A DNA stretch of 64,000 bases from Podarcis pityusensis (taxonomy: Eukaryota): the NCBI GenBank assembly GCA_964106645.2, contig OZ067040.1. One strand, written 5' to 3'. A program made the position numbers and the translations under genes. Each line of letters begins with the position of its first letter. The stretch's first letter is position 1. This document shows, in pieces, positions 11,582 through 23,362 of this stretch. Under the pieces are notes generated by a model. It ran no database searches and was not told the origin of the DNA. It saw nothing but the letters and a program-made list of their open reading frames with translations.

Positions 11582-12728
11582 TTTTTTTTTTTTTAAGAAT
11601 AATTTTTTATTAACCGACCAATCACATCAAATCAAACCAAATTACATAAATTCCAAATTACACAGCCGAATTTTAAATTTTTGTTGGGGTTACCCATATT
11701 TCAAGTTCCGAAGGGATCCAATCAACTTCTTGCTTCTTACTGCTGTTTTAATGTCCACAAATCTAACCTTATGATGTTCACAGTACTATCCAGTCCTTTC
11801 TTATTATTTTTCCACATCTCTTGTTGTTATTTTCATATATTTTTCCTTTCTCTTTGTGACCTCTGATAGTCTCCGCAAGCTGGTTAGAACAGTTTGTAAT
11901 CCTGCGTGGATATTAATTTTTTTATCCAGTAGCCATATTCAGACGTTTTCCATATAACATCACTTCCATACATCAAAACAGTCTTAGTGTCATTAATCTT
12001 CACCAATCTGCCTCCTTTCTCAAAACCTCTGAGGAGATTCACTAGGAATGCAGTCTGAAAACAAATCCATTCTTCCTCCCGGCTATAAATCCTTTGGCAA
12101 GATGGCGACTCCGAATTAATTGCTGCGCCATTCCCAAAAGCTCTTATTGCTTCTCGGTCTCCATAAAGCATACTTTTGGTTAAAGTTTATCTCCACACAG
12201 ACCTTGATCATCCTGCTTGGGTCAGTTCAACCGACGGTTCTAATGAGGAGGGGTTCTTGTAAATCACATAGAAGGAAAGTAAAAAAGGTTCCCCCCCCCA
12301 TTCAGCCCCATTGTCAACATACCCCGCCTTTGGTGTATCTTCATCGTAAAATATTCCTGTTTCTCCAGCCCGTCGTCTTCTTTTGCAGAGGTCACTTAAA
12401 TTAGCAGACTTCACTCCCCTTCTTCACTTGAAATATGTGCATTTGCTTCTTTTGTAATTAATTATTCCAAATTGCTGCAACTAGTGCGCGATCAGAAACA
12501 GCGTCCAGGAGAGCCGATGTCCACACGGGGGCATTCTGCCTAGGGCCCTCACCCCCTTCTTTCGAATTAGGGGGTGATTTATGGGCACAGCAGGCAAGGG
12601 CAGTGTTCCCCATTTCCTTGGGGCAACAAGGGAGGCTGCCTACTCCCATAACAGCCTCTTAATTACCCCGTGTGGGTCGGAGAGATCGTATTGTCGGCCA
12701 TCTTCCAATGCGCCCCCTAGTGGCCCCC
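11582..12728 (-). mobile_element. Complete 1.15-kb non-autonomous L1-mobilised retroelement inserted in an older SINE
   Basis: Perfect 17-bp TSD TGATGATCAGCATTGTC at 11565-11581 and 12729-12745; A13 tail at 11582-11594; AATAAA at 11611-11606; 5' end GGGGGCCACTAGGGGGCGCATTGGAAGATGGCCG. Confidence 0.85.
12695..12723 (-). promoter_or_regulatory. CTCF core motif plus YY1 motif at the retroelement 5' end
   Basis: CCACTAGGGGGCGC at 12723-12710 and AAGATGGCCG at 12704-12695. Confidence 0.65.
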
Positions 12729-15702
12729 TGATGATCAGCATTGTCAACAATGACAGGCAGCAGCATGTAGGCAAGAATCTCCAAGCCCTTCCCAGAGACA
12801 CCAGGGATTGAACCTGGGACCTTTTGTATGCAAAACATGTGTATCTGCTGCAACCCCCGCCAACGCTTCCTGCCTTACCCACTTGAGTAGAAGAGGCAGT
12901 GTGGGGAAACTGGAATGTTGATGGTGTTGCCACATGTTGACAGATGCCTTTCATTCAGGCTGGTATAAGGGTGTCATTGGCAAGTGATCTTGTGAGTTAC
13001 TAGGGAGCTACACTGTGGAAATAGTTGCTCGTGTTGCTACATCAGCACTGGTTTCTGCAGCTGTTGAACTTCTGGCTTTGTTGCTGGTTGAGCAACAGAT
13101 CATGAATCGTTCCCCACCTACACTATACATTTAAAGCAGTGCGATTCCACTTTAAATAGCCATCGCTTCCCCCTAAAGAATCATGCGAATTGTAATTTGT
13201 TAAGGGTGTTGTCAGGAGACCCCTACCCTCCCTCAAGCTACAATTCCCAGAGTTCCCTGGGAAGAGGGACTGATTGTTAAACCACTCTGGAAACTGTGGC
13301 TCATAGCAATCGTCATCTTAGTTGACCCATTGGTTGAATACAAAGTTACCTTATACATCAATATGTATGTTTATGTGGAATTGGAATTGCCACAGCTACT
13401 ATTCTTTAAATAAAACAAACCGATATTTTGTTTTGAATGCATATTTCTTTAAACACTTTCAATTGTGTCTTGCAATGACAAACTGGTGTTACCTACCATC
13501 TCCTCCCACATTCTTCTTTGACCTTTTTGGGATGAAGTCTTCATCCTTAGTATTAGTATAACAAAGCCTTAAGAATTGCACATAAATTCCCAGTCTATCA
13601 CATCCTTCCTTTTGCCGAATACTGAACATTCTTTTCTTGCCCTAGCTGTTGTCTTTGGCTATAAAAACCGGTCTTTCCATTTAAAAAAAAAATCATGGAG
13701 GCTTTAATAGTGTATATATAGTTTCTGAATAAACATTTGCTTTCTATCAAAACAGCTGTTCTCCGTCACTCTACTAATTATTTCAAACTGATTAGTTTAT
13801 AATCAGTTTTCCAGTATATGTATAAGGGTGCTTAATACTCTCCACAGTACAGATTCAATTAAAAACCAGATTTCCGAAGTATTGTGTAAATAACCTTCAG
13901 TGTTAAAATTGTAGTGTACTCTGGGCTGAACCTACCATTAGGCAGGCTTAGACAACCTGACCTGGATGCCAGATTTTGAAGAACCATCCAAGCACAGCAA
14001 ATAGTCAATAATTGGGTTTAATATAATATATTTTGCTACCATGAGAGAACCTTTTTATTTTCTTCTTTGGGTTCCAAAGTGCCTCAAACCATTTGTATGG
14101 TGCAAAGTCAGAGGTGTCTGCATTTCAACTAGTAGATAAGATAGTTTCTGTTTTCACAGTTTTGAACCAGGACTCCCAAATTCCAGCACATTACTTCCTT
14201 GGGCCACCAACACTCTCATTTCTGTAGTAAGCCTGATAGGTAGTGTTCTGGACTCCAAGAGAACCTCTCAGTCTGCTAACTCCTAGGATCAATTCTGGTG
14301 CACTATAAAGCCCTGGTCTCAAAGGGTGCTCCATCACAAAACTTAGAGTGCTGAGGAGTAGACAGTCAAGTTGGTTTGAAAAATGAAGTATAAACAACTC
14401 AGATAAATACTTTTAAACTTCCAAAACCAGGTTTCTCACAATATCGGTTTAACGCAGGAAATTCTACCCAAGCAATCAATGTAACGGATAGTCACTATAT
14501 CAAAAATTATCACATTAATTAGCTGGAGAGAAATTTTCTACACCACTCTTCATATTCCCATTTCAACATTTGATTCTTAAGTGGGAATTTGGAGTCAAGC
14601 CTCCCAACCCTGCCAAAAGCAGAAATAACATGGCATATATGATGCTCCTTTGGTTAAACAGACTCCACTGGCTATTGCAGAGGCCCCCTTAGAAGGGAAA
14701 ATTAAAACCAGAAACACAAATCCAGCCATCATGTGGGAGGTGATTAACAGTTTAAATAACCCAGCTGTACATGACCTGTTCAATATTCCAGAAACCGTAT
14801 GAATGTGAATTGGACTCACTGCATTACGACTTCAAAAGTAGATACTGACCACACTTATGGGCCCCCCTGATTTAATCTAGTGATGTCATGAAGGAGGAGG
14901 CATATATCCAGAGGACAGCATATAATTGTCCCTATGCTACACTCTATTGAGGATCCAGCAACAAAGGGCACCATTTGTTATGCGGCATATCCAATGAACA
15001 AGCCAGGTGGTAATGAAAAGAACAGACGTTAGGAGCAATTTGAGTCTAGTGAGCTGCTCATGGTTTTAGATTGGAAACGGCAGGTATGCGTGGGAAGGGC
15101 AGGACAATAAAATGAACAAATATTTAAAAACAGATGTTAAGGGAATAGGGACTCCACTCAGGAACACTTACGCTTTGGTTGCTGTAAGAACTATGGATGA
15201 ATCCCAGTAAAGGCAATGAAGTACCGGATTACTGTTCTTTTATAGTACAAAGGATGTGTACTGCAGCCCCTTCCCGTGTTATTAATCTGGCTCCTCTCTG
15301 GTTACAAATGCAAAAACATTCCAGTCAACATGAATCACAGCATGCAGAAATGGAAAAGACCTAGCAAGCCATCCACTTTATCACTTAAGCAAAGTAGCAT
15401 TGCTCTTTGCATGGCTGCACACATGCTCTACAGAATAAATGTTATTGTGTTGCTGTTTTTAATCTTGAATGCTTTAGCATGGGAACCCAAAGTCTATACC
15501 CAAAATAACCATGCAGCTGCCAGTTCAATTCTATAGTTTCTTGCGCAAGCAAAAAGGAGGACAGCTTCAAGCTCAAGAGACATATCACCAGTGTCTGTTG
15601 CAGCAGAGCACAGAGAACACCCTCCTGGTTTTATATATCAGGGCAAGTGACCAGTGGAACTATGCTGGCATGGCCAAAAGCATGATGCTGGTGATCACAA
15701 TT

Positions 15703-15797
15703 AATTTATTATTCACCTTCCAAACCACTGTCTCAAAGCAATTTACCCATCTGGTAAATTGCTTTGAGACAGTGGTTTGGAAGGTGATTAATAAATT
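15703..15797. repeat. Near-perfect inverted repeat (45-bp arms, 5-nt loop)
   Basis: 15703-15747 pairs with 15753-15797, with one T:T mismatch (15712/15788). Confidence 0.95.
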
Positions 15798-16834
15798 GAA
15801 AGCAGTTAAAGCAGTTAAAGACTTAAACTAATGTTGCCACATTTCAATAAGTTAAAATTTGGCATAGTTGCTCAGCTATGGGTAATCATCCAAAGTTGTT
15901 GACCTTTTCTAGGGAGATAGGCAAGTGCTCTGAGCAATGTGGGGGCATGTTTACTCTCCGCCAGGGTTCTCTCACCAAAGAGTACTTGCCCCAAACTTGG
16001 GTCCTGGCTTCCAGGATTTCCAACACGTTGCAAGCTGGACAGTGTTTGCAGATGTCTATCCAAAGGCAAGTTACAAAATCTGGGCCTTTTTCATTTCGAA
16101 AAATGTAAGAGGAGACTTGATAAAGTGTTTTTATTTAATTAAAAAAAAAACAACCCAGTTAAAACAACAACTATTTTTGTGCTGGAGCTTCTCCAGACAT
16201 TCATGCTTCATCCCCTCACACCATTCTCCAGGGATCATCTCTGATCTCTCTCATCCCAGTGTTTCCAGGAAACAAATGCCCCCACATTATTACACTGGCT
16301 ACTCTGGAGTTCTTGAAAATGACCGGCTGGAATGAAAACATTTCAAAGACCAGAGGAGCTTAAAGTTACTGATATTTCCGTAGAACTGGTGGAGAAGGCC
16401 CTGGAGTCCCATCTCTTTCCAGTGACTGCTGTAGATGACAAATGGTGGAGGATTCTGATGAAGCCCTTCATACAATTTGAACACTGTCTAAATGTTATGG
16501 GGCAAGCTAATTTTTTTACAATGATCTAGGCTTCTGTTTTCCCCATTTTTGGTGTGTGTGTGTGTGTGTAGTTTTAGAACCCCTTAAAATCTAATGGATT
16601 ATCGCACCTTTCAGATACATGAGATGATATCCCTAGTTTGCAAACATCCCCACGTGCACACACACGCAAACGCACCAGTGGAGGTTAAAGATCACGATTT
16701 GCCATAAGTACATGAAGCCTGCCTGACCTTTCAATGGAAATCGCAAATGTGTTGCGAGATAAGCGCAGTGACCGTTTACAACAGGAATAACACTCCAAGC
16801 TTTGCTAGCTTAACACTTAAGTGTTAAAAATAGG

Positions 16835-16924
16835 CATAGCTGTCAACGTTTTCCCTTTTTTAAGGGCAATTCCCTTGTTTCGAATAGGATTCCTCGCAAG
16901 AAAAGGGAAAAGTTGACAGCTATG
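16835..16924. mobile_element. 90-bp hAT-type MITE
   Basis: TIR CATAGCTGTCAAC...GTTGACAGCTATG; perfect 8-bp TSD AAAATAGG at 16827-16834 and 16925-16932. Confidence 0.85.
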
Positions 16925-17259
16925 AAAATAGGTAGCATTTTTGTGTGTGTGTGGTGGTGATTTTAATTATACTGCATTGGGGTGGGTGGGTGTGTTTCAG
17001 GGCATATAAAGCCACAACATTAAAAGAGGTAATTTCAAGGCACGGGAGAAATCCTTGTTCTTAATAACAACAACGGAGTGCCATAGTTGTGTGGCTCCAG
17101 CTTCAGGGAAGGAAAAAGAAAGAAGGTTGGTCCCTTGTTCTTTTATACAGAAGGCAGGCGTTGCTCAAAAAGGGCGGTATCTCTTTAAGAGAATCCAATT
17201 CCCCACGCGGGAGAGCGCGGAGATCACCTTGGCAACCGAAGCTCAGGCGACAGCGGACC

Positions 17260-17506
17260 GGAAGTGACCCGAGGGGGGGGGGAAGAGTTCGAAGGTCGAA
17301 GGTGGCGGCGGGAAGAAGATGGCGGCGGCGAGGGACTTGCCTTTGCATCTTAGCGGCTGGGACGCGCTGATGGGGGTCCTCGGCAGCCTGAGCCGGGGCT
17401 GAGGCGCCCGTTGCTGGTGACGCTTCGGAGCGTGGTGAAGGAGCCGCGAGGGCTGAGGCCTCCTTCTCCTCCTCCTCCAGCTGACGCTTCTGGGTCCGCG
17501 CATCAG
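17260..17506 (+). other. LCLAT1: Probable non-coding exon 1 of LCLAT1 (start approximate)
   Basis: Strong donor CAG|GTGAGG at 17506/17507 inside the CpG island. The first coding exon is preceded by a splice acceptor, so an upstream exon is required. Confidence 0.7.
17319..17402 (+). CDS. Candidate uORF, 27 aa (MAAARDLPLHLSGWDALMGVLGSLSRG)
   Basis: AAGATGG strong Kozak context; TGA at 17400-17402, before the exon 1 donor. Confidence 0.45.
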   Translation: MAAARDLPLHLSGWDALMGVLGSLSRG

Positions 17507-20500
17507 GTGAGGGGAGTGAGGCTGGAGGCGGAGAGGGCTGGGCTAGGCTGGGCAACGGCTCACCCTGCGGACGGGGGCGGGTCGTCTCCGGGTGAAGTGG
17601 GGTTGGTGGAGGCGCCAATGCGTGCTCTAAATGTATCCCCCTCCCCTTCCCCGGTACAAAACGGCCTTCGTCATTTTCCTGCTTCGGTTCCACCTCTTTA
17701 AACAGGCTTTTCTTCCTTTTGCTCTCCTGATAGCTGGGTGTTGCGCACGTGTGACGTGTTTTCATTTCCTCAGACCTTTTAGAAAGTGACGTTGACTTGC
17801 ATGCTGACGTGCCGGCATAGTGGTGGATTGTGGCAAGGGAAATCCAATTCAACCCCCTGGCCGGCTATGACTTCCTGGGGTAGCTTGGCCGCAATTGTCT
17901 TCTTGCAGCCCAGTCTGTTTCTCAGTGTGGTCGTGAAACGGAAACGCCAGCTTGAGATCTTTGGAGGAAGGGTTGGTGACGGATATAGGTGGGATTAAAA
18001 TATGTGCTAGTTTCGAGTCCTTGTCTTTCAATTCCAGGTTACAATGGGGTGCTTTAATTAAGAAAGTTGGGAGGGGTGCCTCATTTTGTATGCAGTGAGA
18101 CTCATGTTGTACATAATATAGGATTCTTTAATTAAACTGCCACCTGCCTCAGTTTCCTTACTAATATTGTTTAGCTCAGTTATGACACTGCTTTTGCTGG
18201 ATGAAGTAGACTGTTGATACTGAGGAAACCAGTATTTCAGATGTTTTTGAACCAACTCCCATCAGCCTCAGCTAGGCTGCTCCAATGGTCAGGGATGATG
18301 TGAATTTTAGCACAACAACATCTGGAGACCCACAGGTTCTCCAACCCTGCTGTATATTTCTGCTGATGTGCTAAAGTAGCACTCGCTCCCCCATGTACAC
18401 CTATGTAGTTACTGTCGTGTAAACTCAAGCTCTTACTGATCAGTGTATACATTTGGGTGCTTTTTCTTCTAGGTCCTTAAGTTCCAGCTTATAAAGAAGA
18501 TGTGTATTCAGAAATAAGTCCTACTGAGTTCTTACTCGAGCAAGTATGTTAGAATTGTTGCTAGCAGTGTATAATTAGGTAAAAGGAACTTTCCTGCTTA
18601 ATGTCTTGAATACTAATGTATATCCCTCACTCCCTTCAAAGAGTTCAAGATGGGATACATGGTTCTTCTCCTCCTCCTCATTTTACACTTACTGACATAC
18701 TGTGTGGTATGTTAGACTGCAAGACTGACTAAGCCAAGGTCATCAAATGAGCTTCAGGGCTGAATGGGGGTTCAAACCCCAGGTCCTGTCCAACACTCTA
18801 ACTATTAGGCTACACTTACTCTATTTAGGCTTACTTCTTCAGCGATGCCGATAGCTACCAATCTTACTTAAGCACAGATAAGATGACAGTGTCAAAGGAA
18901 AGCATGAAACACTAAGAACTTCCCCATCCGGGGCTGCCTTCAGATGTCTTCTAAAAGTCCGTTGTAAACTTGTATGATTTCAAAGAGAGAATTTTGTCAA
19001 TGTGTAAAGTCTGTTCTGTTGGACATACGATTTAATGTTTTTGTAAGGACATACTCAAAATAGAGCTTAATATTGGCTTTCTCACTTTAAAACATTTAAA
19101 AATTGTTAAATTTGTTTAAAATTTGTCTAATTCAAAATCTGATTGTGATTCATTTGAAAGAGTGAATAAAGCAATTATGTATTTGTCATTGTTAAGGTGT
19201 TCCATATCATTATCTAAAGTTTGCTAGATTCATATTCAGTGGCATGGAATGTTCTTACCTTGATCTTGTTTTGCTGGAACAGCCTTTGCTAATCTGGTGC
19301 CTTCCAGGTGTGTTGTACTACAGCCCATCAATCCCAGATGCTATGCCTGATGTGAATTGTACTTGAAAACATCTATAGGGCACCAGGTTGGCAAAGGCGG
19401 CGCTTGAGAGTTTGTGTGCCAGCAAGTGGGTGGTCCCTATTTTTTATCTTAATTCTGATGCATCACAGTACTGAAATCATGAGATAAAGCTGGCAGGCCA
19501 CTTCACAGGCTGGAGCTGAGCTGTCAGACAAAAACCAGTTTGTTACTTTTGCTATTCCATTTCAACATTAGATTATAAACAAACCACTTCTACATATTGC
19601 CTTAGGCTTATTAGTATGGCTTCACATGCTGCCCAAGAGCCAATTTCTGTCTATTGGTTAACAAGACATTCTTATTAACTCAATTATGCTTTTCTTCTTT
19701 GTTCATTAGCAGTCCATGTGTCAAGGTCTCTCCCAAAGGCAGGTTTTTTTTAATTATTATTACATTGGGAGAGGTTACACACAGATTTACTTTTCCACTG
19801 CTTCCATCTATCTTAGTTCATCTTGGCTACCCCAGAATTTGGGCTTGGCAGTATTGGATTAACAATGGTCACCCTCCCAATGGTGCCCTCATTGACATGT
19901 AGAAGTTGATACATGTCATGGCAAGCCCCATTTGCCTTTGGACTTCTAGTGCTTGTGGATTTGTGGGTGCCCTTGTGGTCTTCTACATCCTTGTGGACTA
20001 GGTCTGCACCAACTGATGAGGCTAGAAGCTGATTTCAATAAATATCTTATAAAAAAAGAAGAAGCTGAGAGACCTGTGGTGAGAATGAGTGAGGCTTGAA
20101 CTATAGGTTTTATTTTTAAATACTTAGATGTCGGCACCACATCTTTAGGTACCAGTTTTGTACAGGAGTGATGAGGGAAAATTAAACTACCTCATTTGTC
20201 CATTTAGCTTGGTATGGACTTCCACATACTACCTAATCCTTTTAAACTAGAGGCATTGAGGTTTGGAACAAAGACCTGTATACAAAGCATGAGCTGATAC
20301 AAAGCATCAGTTTTAGAAGCTTGAGAGACCAGGCTTCTAGGTTTGTTTCTTTCAGCTCTGACACTAGTCTTTAAGGATCTAAGCACACATTCTTTCTTAG
20401 GGGAATGGTGTTTCAAATAAGATTTCTTATTTGAGTTATGCATTTCCCCAAAACATGCGTGTCTCAATCTTGTCTTTTTCTTGTCAAGCTTTTCAGTTGG

Positions 20501-20600
20501 GTTTGATTATAGCTGTCAGTTGCTGTTTAAAATGGCTGTTTCACATTGCTTCATTGTAACTCTTTTGTAGCATTGTTTTCAAAGTGTTGCTGCTAACATA

Positions 20601-20743
20601 CTGTGGACCCTCGGGTTACGTTAGCTTTGGGTAACGTAGTTTCACTGTGTGCGCATGCGCAGAAGCAGCGCCTCTTCTTAGAAATTTTCGGGGTGCACAT
20701 GGACCCCCGGAACAAATTAAATTTGTATCCAGAGGGGCCACTG
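20601..20743. mobile_element. Tc1/mariner-type MITE
   Basis: TA-flanked imperfect TIRs; related to 46478-46660. Confidence 0.7.
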
Positions 20744-21114
20744 TATTAATGTAAGGCAGTAATGCAGATGTAGTTATGGGATGAGTGCATTTATAGTTTT
20801 GTGTCTTTTCAGGTTACACTCTAATTCCTCCGTTACGGATGTTATACTTCATGTTGTAATCATGTGATTCATATCTAGAAAAATAGTACTAACTTGTTTG
20901 TAGGGTTTAGTGTGTATGATTTGATAAGTCCAAAAGATACAAGTTGTAACATAGTATGGAGTTGCATATGCTGCTTAAATAACTGGACTTAAGTGCATAT
21001 CTTTAGAATGGTATAAACCTATTACTCTTTGACTTAAATGAATGACAGTGAGTGATGGCAACACATGGACACATGTGCTTCCATCTTCTTCACACGTATG
21101 AGAAGTTGAATCTG

Positions 21115-22280
21115 ACCCAATATGGAGGCTAAATGGCCAAAATATTGGGAAATACTAGAAAAAGATGGAGACAACTGGAAATTGCAGAGTTTGGAGAAAA
21201 TGAAGGATAAAGTGCGAGACTGGTTACATTACGCTCAGATTAAAGAAGTCTTTAAAAATGACAAGAAACTAGGGTTCCAGGTGGAGAAATCGAAACTAGA
21301 AACAGAACTGTTAGAACCAAAGTCTAAGGTACTTTCAAGGATGTATAACTTGCTGTTAAAATGGAATACACAAGATGAAATGGTTAAATCGGCTATGATA
21401 AGGTGGGCGCAGGACATTGGGTACAATATCATGTTTGAGGACTGGGAAAGGTTGTGGAGTACTGGGTTGAACTTTACTGCATGCAATGCTTTGAAAGAAA
21501 ATGTAATGAAAATGATATATAGATGGTATATGACCCCAGTCAAACTTGCAAAAATATACCACCTGCCTGATAATAAGTGTTGGAAATGTAAAGAGAGTGA
21601 AGGAACATTCTTCCACCTCTGGTGGACCTGCCCTAAAGTGAAGGCGTTCTGGGAAATGATTTATAATGAACTGAAAAAGGTATTTAAGTATACCTTCACA
21701 AAGAAACCAGAGGCCTTTCTTTTGGGTATTGTCGGCCAAGGGGTGGTAAAGAAGGACTGGACATTCTTTATGTATGCAACAACAGCAGCAAGGATACTAC
21801 TTGCAAAGCACTGGAAAGCTCAAGATCTACCCACACTGGAAGAATGGCAGATGCAACTGATAGACTATATGGAACTGGCCGAGATGACCGGCAGAATTCG
21901 TGACCTGGGAGAAGAGAAGATGGAGGAGGACTGGAAGAAATTTAAGAACTATTTACAAAAACATTGTAACTTGAGTGAATGTTAAGCAGGATGCTAGATC
22001 ATAAATAATTGAGCACCACTAAATTAGATGATTTAAGATAATAAGTGAGATTGAGAAAATATAAACCTTTTTGAGAATTATAAGATTATAAATATACAGA
22101 TGGGACATAAGAATGCAAATAAGATAATAAATTGCTGGCAAAAAGTTACAACGATGAAAGTGGGAGCGGGAGATGTGAGGAAGTCCAAAGAAAATGTGAA
22201 ATTATGTTAAGATATATGTTATACTGTTTATTATATTTATTTTTATTGTAAACCCCAATAAATATTTAAAAAAAAAAAAA
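21115..22280 (+). mobile_element. 5'-truncated young L1 (LINE-1 clade) in LCLAT1 intron 1
   Basis: Perfect 15-bp TSD GAGAAGTTGAATCTG at 21100-21114 and 22281-22295; AATAAA at 22257-22262; poly(A) to 22280. Confidence 0.95.
21122..21985 (+). pseudogene. C-terminal 287 aa of L1 ORF2p (cysteine-rich zinc-knuckle region)
   Basis: CWKC-x8-HLWWTC CCHC motif, followed by TAARILLAKHWK, typical of vertebrate L1 ORF2 C-termini. Confidence 0.9.
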
Positions 22281-23362
22281 GAGAAGTTGAATCTGTGTTC
22301 ACTTTAGAACACGGTTGGCTAACCTGTGACCCTCCAGATGTTGGGTTCAACTCCTATCAGCCCCAACCCACATGGCTGGTGTTTAGGGGTGAGGGCCTAA
22401 GAACCAACCACAGTTCCCATTGCAAACAACCTAAAAACAAAAGCAAAAAAAAACACAAAACTGGCTTGAGATCCTGGTTTGTCCTCTGCATTTGTACATG
22501 ACATGGAACTGTGGTTTATTCTTAATTAAAAAGGAAAGCTTTCACTTCTCCTCTTGCACATGGCAGATGAGGCTGGGAAAGTGTGAAATCATGAAAGCAT
22601 GCAATGCCTTGCTTGTGATCACCTAAAAACTGTGGCTTAAGTGAGTGTCTGAAGCAGGTCTCTGTCATAAAAATGGAAACTTTGCAAAGTTTTTAAAAAA
22701 GTTTTTTTATGGTTATAAGGCACAAAATAATTTGCACATTGAACATATTTTCTTTACAAAGTTGTTTGTTTATAACATCTTTATATTACTTAATAGAATA
22801 ATATTTTAAGCAGTTTATAAAAATAATAAGTAATAAATTTTATTTATACCCCGCCCTCCCCAGCCAAGGCCGGGCTCAGGGCGGCTAACAAGCAGTAATA
22901 AAAACAAATTGACATAAAAATGGGTTAGTCCCAATGGAAGTAGACCCATTGAAATTAATTGACAAGACTAACTTAGGTCCATTAATTGCAGTGCTCTACT
23001 CTGCGTGGAATTTAGTTGTATACAACCCAATTGAAATACAACATGGAATAATATTGTAAAACATAACATTGCATAACATAAAAACTAGTTAAAATGAGAT
23101 TAAAAACAAAACACAACTGTATACCACATACAAAACCAATAGTGTTGAAAAGAAAATTAAAGTTCCCAAATCCAGTAGAGCTTGGATAAAAACGTTTTTA
23201 AGAGGCGCCTGGCTCAAGAATTCCCTGAGGGAGGGCATTTTTGAGGGTGGGTGTGATCACTGAGAAGGCTTGTTTCTGCGTTGTCACCAAGTGGTAATTG
23301 ACTGATCATGGAATTGATTGGCTGGTCTGCACCTAGGATGTCCTGTTTCCAAGTTGTTAAAG

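Larger units (their letters stand above)
17150..17950 (+). promoter_or_regulatory. LCLAT1: CpG-island promoter of LCLAT1
   Basis: The only non-repeat CpG-dense island in the window. RFX X-box-like ATCACCTTGGCAAC at 17223-17236, ETS/GABP ACCGGAAGTG at 17257-17266, YY1 AAGATGGCGGC at 17316-17326. Confidence 0.8.

Noticed and set aside
17103-17852. 249-aa minus-strand ORF across the CpG island
   Set aside because: Pro/Ala/Arg-rich low-complexity translation typical of stop-poor GC-rich DNA; no recognisable domain.
18473-18543. Possible alternative 5'UTR exon (acceptor TTTTTCTTCTAG, donor CAA|GTATGT)
   Set aside because: Such sites are frequent by chance in a 28-kb intron; not supportable without RNA data.
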